From contig CAYTOI010000001.1 in the NCBI GenBank assembly GCA_964439805.1, positions 3,573-67,572 of the forward strand: 64,000 nt of DNA, given 5' to 3'. Positions 47,963-57,144 of this stretch are shown here, in pieces (the stretch's first letter is position 1; every line of letters begins with the position of its first letter). The position numbers and the translations under genes were made by a program. This stretch comes from an uncultured Pseudomonadales bacterium (GTDB lineage: Bacteria > Patescibacteriota > Microgenomatia > UBA1400 > MFAQ01). The notes beneath the pieces were generated by a model. It ran no database searches, had not been told where the DNA came from, and worked only from the letters and a program-made list of their open reading frames with translations.

Positions 47963-48940
47963 TTATCCGATCGGATCAGTGCTCTTAACGAGCTTCAATC
48001 CGTAAACTGTGGACAAAGCCTCAAACGCCTGCTTCGCCATATCTTCAAAACCACCAACAGGAGAAGTGCAATCTTCCATAATTCGGATGCGGGACAAAAT
48101 ATCCGATGCGTCATTCTTAAAATAACGAATAATGGAATAAATTGTTTCCAGTACACAGTGGCTACTCGCCTCGCCAGCAATGTAGATCAGATCACAGGTT
48201 TTCAAATCCAATAGAAAATCTTCATCGATACCTGAGTCTTTATCGCCAGCAAATTCTACTTCGCCTTCAACAATAGAGTAGTTCTCGTAAACTTCTCCAG
48301 CGCCCTTAACCTTAAACTTCGGCTGAGATTTACGAGCAATTGCATGAGCAAAAATTGCTTCATACAAAGTCGGTTCAATGGCTTGTTCTGGCGTTCCAAG
48401 CATGCAGTGATTGGCCCAAACCATCAAGTTCTTCTTTTCAAAATCCCCTGCACCAGTGCTGGCTTTTTTACCAAACTGCTCCAACATGGTTAAGTAATAC
48501 TCACTCCAGAGCATACTCTTACCCTTTTTGTATTCATACTGAAAATCAAAGATCGCCTTAACTTTTTTATCCTTCAGATCTTGCAATGTCACAACCGTAA
48601 AGTCGTTCAGGGGTTGACCCTTATCATCGACCCACCAATCCGGGAAAAAGATCTGAAATGGCAAATGGGAATCCATACTTACCGCGATCCGGGTAATTTT
48701 CGCCATATTCTTCAAAATCCAATCGACGATCCGGATCATGTCTTCAATTGCTCCAGGAACACACAGATCACGACCTTTTTCAATAAAGCCGAGCTGAGGA
48801 TCAACCAAAAGGAGCATCACTTTCAACTTGTCTTTCGAGTAGTTTTGAAGGTTTAAAGATCTCCCGTATTTCTTGGCCATTTTCAAATCAGGGTAACGCA
48901 AAGTTCCAACCAAATTCGGATCATAAAATTTTGTATTCAT
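47963..48940 (-). CDS. isochorismatase-family cysteine hydrolase (nicotinamidase-like)
   Basis: 325 aa; LLLVDPQLGF (catalytic Asp region) and AGEASSHCVLET (catalytic Cys). Confidence 0.65.
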   Translation of the reverse strand: MNTKFYDPNLVGTLRYPDLKMAKKYGRSLNLQNYSKDKLKVMLLLVDPQLGFIEKGRDLCVPGAIEDMIRIVDWILKNMAKITRIAVSMDSHLPFQIFFPDWWVDDKGQPLNDFTVVTLQDLKDKKVKAIFDFQYEYKKGKSMLWSEYYLTMLEQFGKKASTGAGDFEKKNLMVWANHCMLGTPEQAIEPTLYEAIFAHAIARKSQPKFKVKGAGEVYENYSIVEGEVEFAGDKDSGIDEDFLLDLKTCDLIYIAGEASSHCVLETIYSIIRYFKNDASDILSRIRIMEDCTSPVGGFEDMAKQAFEALSTVYGLKLVKSTDPIG

Positions 48941-48962
48941 GTTTTCTCCTTTTTATTATTTT

Positions 48963-50837
48963 TTAGATTACCAGGTAATTTACCTGTTTCTCACGAATTA
49001 CCAAAAAGTGTTTTCTACCACCTAGGTGAACCAACTTGTCATTAGCCTCTACCAATCTTTCTGTTTTTGGAACCAAAGTAAAAGTATTTTTTCTCAAGTC
49101 CTCCACTATCAAACCAGAATCATCTTGCCAATATATTTCCCCGTCTTCATAGGCAGTTCTGTGAACCTCAGATGCCGGCAGTTTTGCCAACAAGTGAGCG
49201 CTCTCAAAAATCGACTGTCCAAACAGATCAAAAATCTCAGTCAAAACAGTCATTTTCCCGTTTCGGTTAACAACTCTACGCAAACAAACCGTCTCAGTAC
49301 CGAACAACGCAACTGTCTCTCGCAGAGAATCTCCACTATTGAGTTCAGCTTGTTTCAAACTAAAACGTCTTTCTTTGTGAATTAATTGAAAATGGTATTT
49401 GTTAAACAAACGAGAAAGGGTCAATATCTTCTGTCCTGTCGTATCTGACCAAATCCAAGTTTCTTGTTTTGATACCGTAGCTGGCAAAACTTTCTCTAAC
49501 ATTCTGCCATTACTTACATAACCTAGTAGTAACTTGCTTCCAGACTGTCTTAATAAACCCAGTGAAGTTCCTCGAAAAACAGTTTGCCTGTTTCCCAAAA
49601 ACATTTCTGAGCTGCTAGTAATCCACGACTGACCAGGAACACTTATGTGAGTCAGGTATATCATTTCCGTATCAATCTGATTAACAGCAAGGTATTCGTC
49701 CCCCACCATTTCAAATCGATAAGAAAAATTCAAATCCAAGTCCACAAAAACCTTTACGGGTTTACCGTTTCCAGGTCGAATTGTCAAATAATAACCACTT
49801 TTTTCTCGAGATACCACATAAAGATTACCAGACTGAAAACGAGCAAATAGTATTTCTCCATTGGTTTTTATCAGGTTTTCATATAAATATGTCGGCTGAA
49901 AATTAACCATTGGAGTTTTATATGTACATTTCGGACAGGCCTTTCTTGTTTTTGGATAAAACAAGCCACAGCTTCCGCACTCAATCAAAGAAGATTGATA
50001 TGCATCTAGCATTGTTAATTGTATTTCCTCATACTGATGCTTTTCAAAAACATTTGCAAATTTTTCTAGCAGTTCATCCGAAACAGAATCCGGATGATTT
50101 GCAAGCGATGTTTGCTGAACACCTTTATTTAAATACCAAATACCTTTTGCGGCCCTCTCTCGAAAATCCAAGTACTTCGGGTGAATCTGCGAATAGTGGT
50201 GAATATTAAACAAGCTCCAAAAGAGCATCGTCCAGTAGCCATACCAATCAGACTCTTCCGTATACTTAACTCTTCCTGAATTTGCTTGAGAATATAGGTC
50301 CGGACAAAGAAAATACTCAGTCCAAACAGGGCACCTTATCCCATTAATTTGCCATGCATCTGTGTCATACCAATAAACGTCTACACCTCGTTTTCCAAAA
50401 ACAAAAGATGCGTTTCTACCAGACACGTCTCCAGCGATTATGTTGTTTTTATGAATGATCGACAAATCCCGACCAACAATTTTCATAATTTCTACAACAG
50501 TTGGTGTAAAAATACGCAAAGTTGTCCTCAGAGATTTGTTAAACAAAACTCCAATCTCACGAAAACTACTAGGCATTTCTACCATCCCGTAACCCCTAAG
50601 CTCTCCTCCACCGTTTGGTCGAGTACTCAAAGGAATCTTGGGAAACAAAAAACGATCCGGTAAATTTGGTTTATTTTTTAACAAATATTGTATTTTTTGC
50701 AATTGGTCTGGCTCAATACTCTTTAAAACTTTTACCGCCCAGCCACTTTGTCTTACCACTACGGCTTGGCCTCCATCTCCCAAAGTAACACCATTGTTTA
50801 AAAAAGGGTCACTACCCAAGTACAACCTGTCAGTCAT
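48963..50837 (-). CDS. Ser/Thr protein-kinase-like protein with central zinc ribbon and large C-terminal domain
   Basis: 624 aa; Gly-rich loop LGDGGQAVVV, Lys AVKVL, catalytic-loop-like IIHKNNIIAGDVSGRN, then CGSCG...CPKC zinc ribbon. Confidence 0.55.
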   Translation of the reverse strand: MTDRLYLGSDPFLNNGVTLGDGGQAVVVRQSGWAVKVLKSIEPDQLQKIQYLLKNKPNLPDRFLFPKIPLSTRPNGGGELRGYGMVEMPSSFREIGVLFNKSLRTTLRIFTPTVVEIMKIVGRDLSIIHKNNIIAGDVSGRNASFVFGKRGVDVYWYDTDAWQINGIRCPVWTEYFLCPDLYSQANSGRVKYTEESDWYGYWTMLFWSLFNIHHYSQIHPKYLDFRERAAKGIWYLNKGVQQTSLANHPDSVSDELLEKFANVFEKHQYEEIQLTMLDAYQSSLIECGSCGLFYPKTRKACPKCTYKTPMVNFQPTYLYENLIKTNGEILFARFQSGNLYVVSREKSGYYLTIRPGNGKPVKVFVDLDLNFSYRFEMVGDEYLAVNQIDTEMIYLTHISVPGQSWITSSSEMFLGNRQTVFRGTSLGLLRQSGSKLLLGYVSNGRMLEKVLPATVSKQETWIWSDTTGQKILTLSRLFNKYHFQLIHKERRFSLKQAELNSGDSLRETVALFGTETVCLRRVVNRNGKMTVLTEIFDLFGQSIFESAHLLAKLPASEVHRTAYEDGEIYWQDDSGLIVEDLRKNTFTLVPKTERLVEANDKLVHLGGRKHFLVIREKQVNYLVI

Positions 50838-51593
50838 TTATACCTCCAATCTTTTCAGAAAAATCACAGAAACATTGTCTTTTGTATCCGAACGAATTGT
50901 TGAAATTCTATTAAGACACATCTGCAAACTAAAATTTGAATTTGAATATGCATTTAGCTCATCCATTAAATGAGGGTAAGAAGATAAACCGTCCGAAGAT
51001 ACTCCTGCAACTCTTACAGAATCAGCAGAAAGAATCTCCGTCTCGAATCCATTTGGCAACAAAGATTGTATCTCTGCCCCAACTTCTCCATAACTCTCAT
51101 ATAGGTGATACGCAGGGTATCGAGGTCTGTTTAAACTTTCGGGGTTTAAAACTTTATGAACAGAATCATTTAAATAACTCAATCCGTCTCCCGCCCAAAA
51201 GTAAACAATCTCTGACTCATCAGCCAAAATACCAATCGTAGTACACATCAAATACAAAGAAATAAAGTCTAGTTTTTCATCATTATCACTCAAAAACTGA
51301 GACTCAACTTGCCACCAAAGATAATCAATGTATTCTGGAAAAAGTAACGAAGGAATTAAGCTTGGCTTTACACCTTCAAGTAACATTGCTCGAGATCTAC
51401 GAATCAAAAAAAGGTTGGACAAATGAGCTCCAACTTCGGACTTTAAATTTAATTTTAACAGTCCATGGCAGCCATCGTTAATAATACCAGCAGCCACAAA
51501 ACTATTTGTCCAGACACTTGCAACGTCTTGGTTATTCCTGCCTTCATGAAAATACGTCAAACCTTGTGCTGAAGCCGATGTAATCTTCCACAT
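50838..51593 (-). CDS. PP2C-family Ser/Thr protein phosphatase
   Basis: 251 aa; GRNNQDV...INDGCHG, FWAGDGLSYL, VSSDGL motifs matching PP2C metal-binding blocks; AGGAG RBS 5 nt upstream. Confidence 0.75.
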   Translation of the reverse strand: MWKITSASAQGLTYFHEGRNNQDVASVWTNSFVAAGIINDGCHGLLKLNLKSEVGAHLSNLFLIRRSRAMLLEGVKPSLIPSLLFPEYIDYLWWQVESQFLSDNDEKLDFISLYLMCTTIGILADESEIVYFWAGDGLSYLNDSVHKVLNPESLNRPRYPAYHLYESYGEVGAEIQSLLPNGFETEILSADSVRVAGVSSDGLSSYPHLMDELNAYSNSNFSLQMCLNRISTIRSDTKDNVSVIFLKRLEV

Positions 51594-51661
51594 ACCATCT
51601 CCTTATATTTAATCTTAATGTCAAGGTTCTAATACCCCACACTTAGTGTATTTATGACACC

Positions 51662-51689
51662 ATTATACCTCACAACTCTACTGTGTCAA
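51662..51689 (-). promoter_or_regulatory. consensus sigma70-type promoter driving the island operon
   Basis: Minus strand reads TTGACA-cagtagagttgtgagg(16 nt)-TATAAT, ~70 nt upstream of PP2C start. Confidence 0.55.
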
Positions 51690-51710
51690 GACGGGTATTA
51701 TAACCTCAAT

Positions 51711-52988
51711 TTAGATGGAAACAAGGCTAATTATGCGGGTTAGTAGGGGCTGAGACCCTTCTATTACCTCGCCAGCCTCAGTAGTAATGTATACGTTTTG
51801 CTTCGCCGTAACCTTAAACAGACCAAAAACGTTGTAGGTTTTATCACCTACTACCTTATAGGACAATTCCGATCCATAATTTTCCAAGGTTGGGACACTA
51901 TCTTTGTTCAATTTTTCAAAAGTCTTCAAATCAACAGCCTCCTTAATTGCCTGCATCGGGAGCACCTTTAGCTCCTTTTTACCATCAAATGTCTCTACAA
52001 AAATTTTCTGACTATCAATATTTACATGCACGGGACTATCTGTAGTTACCACCACCCCATCCTGAACCAAGGCAAAAAGATTATCACTTGTTACGTTTAG
52101 TTTTACCTTTTTGTTATCCAGTATTTTGTTTAGTGTCACCTCAGCACTTCTCAAATCATCTTCTTTAATATTAAGAATGCTCTGCTCTGAGTTTTGAGCA
52201 GCCAAAACCACATTCCCTCCCTGCAATCTATAAAAGATATCTACATCTCCTGTCAAAACGTTGTTGTCCAACTTATCCTCTTTAATAGTTGGCACCTTCA
52301 AAGCTTGTGAGGGACTAGGCTTGCTTATAAACTCCCCTCTACTCACTTCTTGAATTTTATTTTGTATAGATTTAATTACACTCCTTTTGGGTGGAGAATA
52401 ATAAGTTTTGTTTTCTTCTGTCACTGACTTCTCCGAAACAGGTACATAAACAATTACTTTTTCAGTTGAATAAATTGTTTGAGTTTGAACTGTCCCTGAT
52501 TGCAAACTGGGGTGATCAAAGACCTCAGTATCTTTAGCTGTTTTATACTCAATATTGCTAGTCGGGTTTACAGTTGTATTGTCTTCGGCGGGCACTGAAT
52601 TTCTTCCCTGTAAACGCTGAGCAATGGTAGCTCTTGGTAATACTACAACATCGGTAATTGTTGGTTCTACAGTAATTACTGAGGTCACCGTAACACTATC
52701 AGTAACAGCAGCAGTGACAGTAGATGTTATTGTGGCGGAAACATTATTGTCCTGATTGTTATTTTGATTATTATTTCCGTTATTGTTCAAGCCACCGTTA
52801 TTCCACCAGCCAGAATTATCATTATCAGAATGATCACCAAGAACTTTCGTATCGTTTTTCCCAAAAAAACTTTGCCCAAAAAATCCTAGTCCCAAAACTA
52901 AGCACAAAACCAAAAAAACATTGTTCTGAAAAAGTTTAATTCTTTTTCTTTTTGCCATGTAAAATCTTATCACTTTTGGGAATTTCAC
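51711..52988 (-). CDS. hypothetical secreted/membrane-anchored protein with Asn-rich low-complexity region
   Basis: 425 aa; N-terminal TM, NNNGNNNQNNNQDNN tract, Thr/Val-rich repeats. Confidence 0.4.
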   Translation of the reverse strand: MKFPKVIRFYMAKRKRIKLFQNNVFLVLCLVLGLGFFGQSFFGKNDTKVLGDHSDNDNSGWWNNGGLNNNGNNNQNNNQDNNVSATITSTVTAAVTDSVTVTSVITVEPTITDVVVLPRATIAQRLQGRNSVPAEDNTTVNPTSNIEYKTAKDTEVFDHPSLQSGTVQTQTIYSTEKVIVYVPVSEKSVTEENKTYYSPPKRSVIKSIQNKIQEVSRGEFISKPSPSQALKVPTIKEDKLDNNVLTGDVDIFYRLQGGNVVLAAQNSEQSILNIKEDDLRSAEVTLNKILDNKKVKLNVTSDNLFALVQDGVVVTTDSPVHVNIDSQKIFVETFDGKKELKVLPMQAIKEAVDLKTFEKLNKDSVPTLENYGSELSYKVVGDKTYNVFGLFKVTAKQNVYITTEAGEVIEGSQPLLTRIISLVSI

Positions 52989-53011
52989 TACTTCACGTAT
53001 ATAATTTATTT

Positions 53012-53776
53012 ATGACTCTTTTTTACGTTTTTCTCTCTTCTGTTGTTGAAGGTTTAACTGAATTCTTACCCATCTCTTCTACTGGACACCTTATCATTCT
53101 CAACCATCTATTTAATATAAAAAGCACCCCTCTCCTGTCATCATTTGATATTTTTATACAGCTAGGCGCAATTTTGGCTATCGTAAATCTTTACTACAAA
53201 GAATTGCTTGAAAACAAAAAACAAATTCTAAATCTACTCGCTTCTTTTATCCCCTCTGCCATTGTGGGTCTAATTTTTTACCCGTTTATAAAAAGTTACC
53301 TTCTCGACAACATTATTATTACCACCGCAGCTCTTTTTGTTGGCGGATTAATCATCTTTACTCTCCCATCCAACAAAACAAACAAGAAAGACTTATCCTA
53401 CTTTGACTACTTCAAAATCGGTCTCTTCCAGTCTCTTTCCATAATCCCAGGCACTAGTAGAGCCCTTATGACTATTATTGGTGGATTATATTCCGGCTTA
53501 AATTTAGTAGAAGCCATAAAATACTCCTTCCTTCTGGCCATCCCTACCATTGGAGCCGCCACCGCACTAGACCTCTTTAAGAATAGAGACATTATCTTTA
53601 GTGATTTAGGAAATATTAAGCTTTTTACTATTGGTTTTTTAATATCATTCATCACTGCAAAACTAACAGTAAATGCTTTTTTAAATTTTTCCCAGAAAAA
53701 CGGACTGAGATTTTTTGGATTTTATAGAATAGCTCTATCAGCAGTTCTATTAATATTATTTATTCTGCCTTTATGA
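53012..53776 (+). CDS. uppP: undecaprenyl-diphosphatase UppP/BacA
   Basis: EGLTEFLPISSTGHL signature; start at internal Met (ORF could begin at 52952). Confidence 0.8.
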   Translation: MTLFYVFLSSVVEGLTEFLPISSTGHLIILNHLFNIKSTPLLSSFDIFIQLGAILAIVNLYYKELLENKKQILNLLASFIPSAIVGLIFYPFIKSYLLDNIIITTAALFVGGLIIFTLPSNKTNKKDLSYFDYFKIGLFQSLSIIPGTSRALMTIIGGLYSGLNLVEAIKYSFLLAIPTIGAATALDLFKNRDIIFSDLGNIKLFTIGFLISFITAKLTVNAFLNFSQKNGLRFFGFYRIALSAVLLILFILPL

Positions 53777-55455
53777 ACACCTTTTTAGAACTAGCCGCTA
53801 TTATCAGTTTAGCTACTGCTGTTTCTATTATTGCCAAGTTATTCAAACAACCTTTAATAATTGGCTACATCGTTACTGGAATCTTGGCCGGGCCAATTTT
53901 TTTTAACATTCTAAAATCCCAAGACCAAATGGAGCTTTTTTCCAAGGTGGGCATTTCTGTTCTTCTCTTTATAGTTGGTCTAAATTTAAACCCTAAGGTC
54001 ATCAAAGAAGTTGGTAAGGTTTCTTTGATTACGGGTATCTCTCAAGTAATCATTACTTCAGTCATAGGATTTTTTATTGCTAAGTTTCTCGGACTAAATA
54101 CAACCTCTTCCTTATATGTATCTGTTGCTTTGACTTTTGGCAGCACCATTATTGTTCTCAAACTTCTTTCTGACAAGGGTGACTATCACAAGCTTTATGG
54201 CAAAATTGCAGTTGGGTTTTTGCTAGTTCAAGACATCATAGCTTCTTTTATTCTCCTTTTTACCACCGCTTTTTCATCTGCCAACCAAGGAAGTGTTGCC
54301 AGTGTCGTTACCTCGCTTCTACTAAAATCAGTTGTTATCGGTATTGCTCTTTACGTTTTTAATTCTTTCGTCTTGCCAAAACTAACAGCTTTAATTGCCA
54401 GCAACTCAGAGCTATTATTTTTATTTTCTCTATCTTGGGGATTAGGTCTTGCCTCCGTCTTTCACCTCATCGGCTTTTCCATAGAAATTGGCTCGCTTGT
54501 TGCAGGAGTCTCTCTTTCCCTTACCCCTTTTGCTTACGAAATAGCTGCCAAACTAAAACCAATCCGAGACTTTTTTGTTGTTCTCTTTTTTATCTTGCTC
54601 GGGTCTCAAATGAATTTAGGAAGTTTTTATAGTCTCCTTCCTCAGGCTTTGATACTCTCTTTGTACGTCCTCATTGGCAACCCTTTAATTGTTATTTTGT
54701 TAGTAAACGCATTGGGTCACAAAAGAAAAACTAGTTTTATGGCCGGCTTAACAGTAGCTCAAATTAGTGAATTTTCTTTAATACTAGCCACTCTCGGTGT
54801 CAGCTTGGGTCATATTTCTCAAGACATTCTATCCTTAATTACCCTGGTTGGAATTATTACCATCGCCTGCTCCTCTTATTTAATTTTGTATTCAGAAAAA
54901 CTTTTTCCCAAAATTGAATGGTTGTTAAAACTAATAGAACTAAAAAAGAACAATGGAAAAGAACAAAACAAAAATGAAAACTTTGAAATTCTTCTTTTTG
55001 GCTACGATCGTGTAGGTCAAGATTTTGTCAGAACATTTAAGTCCTTCAAAAAGCCATTTTTGGTAGTTGATCTTAATCCCAACTCTATAGAAATTCTTAA
55101 TAAGAAAAATATTCCCAATCGTTTTGGAGACGCTGAAGACGTTGACTTTCTAGAAGACCTTGGATTAAAAAAAGTAAAACTAGCCATCTCCACCATTCCG
55201 GATCTTCAAACAAATCTCTGCCTTACCGAACTAATTAAAAAAGCCAACCCTAACAGTGTAATCATCATTGTCAGCCATGACCTCAATGAGGCAAAAATTC
55301 TTTACGAAGAAGGCGCTAGCTATGTAGTAGTCCCTCACTATCTTGGAGCTAAACACATCACCAAGCTCCTCTCAAAGCTAGGCATTAATCACACAGCATT
55401 TAAATACGAAAGAGAAAAGCATCTAGAATATATTTCACAAAAAGTATCAGCTTAA
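53773..55455 (+). CDS. CPA2-family cation:proton antiporter with C-terminal TrkA-N/RCK domain
   Basis: 560 aa; ~12 TM Kef-like membrane domain, C-terminal Rossmann LLFGYDRVGQDF. Confidence 0.8.
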   Translation: MNTFLELAAIISLATAVSIIAKLFKQPLIIGYIVTGILAGPIFFNILKSQDQMELFSKVGISVLLFIVGLNLNPKVIKEVGKVSLITGISQVIITSVIGFFIAKFLGLNTTSSLYVSVALTFGSTIIVLKLLSDKGDYHKLYGKIAVGFLLVQDIIASFILLFTTAFSSANQGSVASVVTSLLLKSVVIGIALYVFNSFVLPKLTALIASNSELLFLFSLSWGLGLASVFHLIGFSIEIGSLVAGVSLSLTPFAYEIAAKLKPIRDFFVVLFFILLGSQMNLGSFYSLLPQALILSLYVLIGNPLIVILLVNALGHKRKTSFMAGLTVAQISEFSLILATLGVSLGHISQDILSLITLVGIITIACSSYLILYSEKLFPKIEWLLKLIELKKNNGKEQNKNENFEILLFGYDRVGQDFVRTFKSFKKPFLVVDLNPNSIEILNKKNIPNRFGDAEDVDFLEDLGLKKVKLAISTIPDLQTNLCLTELIKKANPNSVIIIVSHDLNEAKILYEEGASYVVVPHYLGAKHITKLLSKLGINHTAFKYEREKHLEYISQKVSA

Positions 55456-55875
55456 ACCATGCTCTTTGAAGCAGGGAATATATTTTCTGTCGATTACCAT
55501 CAAGTGATCTATAAGCCAGTCTTCCAAAAAGTCCACCAGTTCAAAAGCAAGAGATACTGAGTCGTCACCATTCCTAACTGTCATATCATCCAGTCTCGAG
55601 CTAAACAACGCGTGCTTTTCCTTGTGTTCTTCGGCTCCTTCATAACCAAACTCTGCAAAGTATTTCTCTTCAGTGGCAAAGTGATATTTTTTGTATTCAA
55701 CCAGAGATTTAATTATTTCACTGACCTGATCATTGGTAGGTTTCGTGTTCAGTATTGCAATTAACTCATTAATAGTAGCAAACATTTTTTTGTGCTGGTC
55801 ATCAATAAGCTTTACTCCTACACTATATTTTTCCTCCCATTCTAGCGGTTTATTCATACTGTCATCATACTCCAA
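55447..55875 (-). CDS. hemerythrin-like metal-binding protein
   Basis: 142 aa; HHE cation-binding pattern: H..E..H...H...H...H in four-helix layout. Confidence 0.7.
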   Translation of the reverse strand: MEYDDSMNKPLEWEEKYSVGVKLIDDQHKKMFATINELIAILNTKPTNDQVSEIIKSLVEYKKYHFATEEKYFAEFGYEGAEEHKEKHALFSSRLDDMTVRNGDDSVSLAFELVDFLEDWLIDHLMVIDRKYIPCFKEHGLS

Positions 55876-55916
55876 ATAGGTAAATTTTTAACAATAAAAG
55901 GACTAAAATAGTAGAG

Positions 55917-57116
55917 ATGTCCAAAGAAAAATCTATTATCATCTTCACTGTTGCTATAGACGTAATCGGGTTGGGAATTATTATTCCCGTTTTACCTGTA
56001 TACGTGGAATCGTTTGGCATTTCCGCCTTTTCCGTAGCCTTATTGTTTTCTGCCTATTCTCTTTTTTCCTTTCTTAGTGCACCTTTTCTAGGAGCTCTCT
56101 CAGACAAGATCGGACGCAGACCAGTACTGATTGGAAGCATCGCCAGCACTTCACTTGGCTGGATTATTTTCGCCTTAGGCCATAGCCTACCCGTACTTCT
56201 CTTGGGAAGAATAATAGATGGACTTGCTGCAGGAAACATCTCCACTGCTCAGTCTTCCATCTCTGACCTTTCCAGAGACGCCAAAGAAAGAGCCGGAAAC
56301 CTGGGAATCATTGGCATGATTTTTGGCTTAGGTTTCGTTGTCGGACCATTCTTGGGAGGAGTTTTAAGCAAAGTCTCTCACTCCTTCCCTTTCTTTTTTG
56401 TTGGCGGGCTTGCTTTTCTAAACGTTGTTCTTGCTTACTTCTTCTTACCAGAAACCAACAAAAATATTGACAGAAAGAAGAAAATAAGCTGGAACCCTTT
56501 TAGGCCTTTAGTTTCTGCAGCCAAAAATATTCACCTCAGAAGCTTATATATTGTTTGGTTCATGTTCAATACTATCGCTGTTGGAGCCAATACCATCTTT
56601 GCCCTATTTCTTGGTAAGTCATACGGATTCAGTGCCTTTACAACAGGGATGTTTTTTACCGGCATTGGGTTGATTCTTGCTCTTAACCAAGGATATCTAT
56701 TAAAAAACTTTTGGCTAAAAAAATTCAAGGAAAGACAATTAATTATTTTAATGTTAAGTTTTTTCTCTTTTGGTTTTCTTTTTATGTCCATTCACTCCAT
56801 TTATGTTTTTATCTTTGGCATGATCTTTTCTGCTCTTGGTCAATCAGTTCTAGGGGTAGCTATGACCAGTGAAATTGTTGGAGAAGCAAACCAAACAGAA
56901 AGAGGTGAAGCCGTAGGAGTTCTCTCCGCGATTGGTTCCGCAGCGAACATTATTGCTCCCATTGGCTCTGGATTTCTATTTCAACAACACCACAACTCCC
57001 CCTATATTGCCGCCTCCATATTAAGTCTCTTAACCTTATTCATCTTCTACAGGGCAAAAGTAAAAGACGTCCAAACCCCAGAAACGGACGAACTCGCCGA
57101 AGAAGTTACTGTGTAA
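55917..57116 (+). CDS. MFS-type transporter
   Basis: 399 aa; 12 TM; motif-A-like LGRIIDGLAAG. Confidence 0.75.
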   Translation: MSKEKSIIIFTVAIDVIGLGIIIPVLPVYVESFGISAFSVALLFSAYSLFSFLSAPFLGALSDKIGRRPVLIGSIASTSLGWIIFALGHSLPVLLLGRIIDGLAAGNISTAQSSISDLSRDAKERAGNLGIIGMIFGLGFVVGPFLGGVLSKVSHSFPFFFVGGLAFLNVVLAYFFLPETNKNIDRKKKISWNPFRPLVSAAKNIHLRSLYIVWFMFNTIAVGANTIFALFLGKSYGFSAFTTGMFFTGIGLILALNQGYLLKNFWLKKFKERQLIILMLSFFSFGFLFMSIHSIYVFIFGMIFSALGQSVLGVAMTSEIVGEANQTERGEAVGVLSAIGSAANIIAPIGSGFLFQQHHNSPYIAASILSLLTLFIFYRAKVKDVQTPETDELAEEVTV

Positions 57117-57144
57117 AATAATTTTATTAACAACTCAAAGACTA

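Noticed and set aside
51619-51624. Second TTGACA hexamer closer to the PP2C start as an additional promoter
   Set aside because: The only -10-like hexamers downstream of it are TAAATA/TATAAG, only ~11-12 nt away. The spacing is incompatible with a sigma70 promoter, whereas the distal TTGACA-16-TATAAT is canonical.
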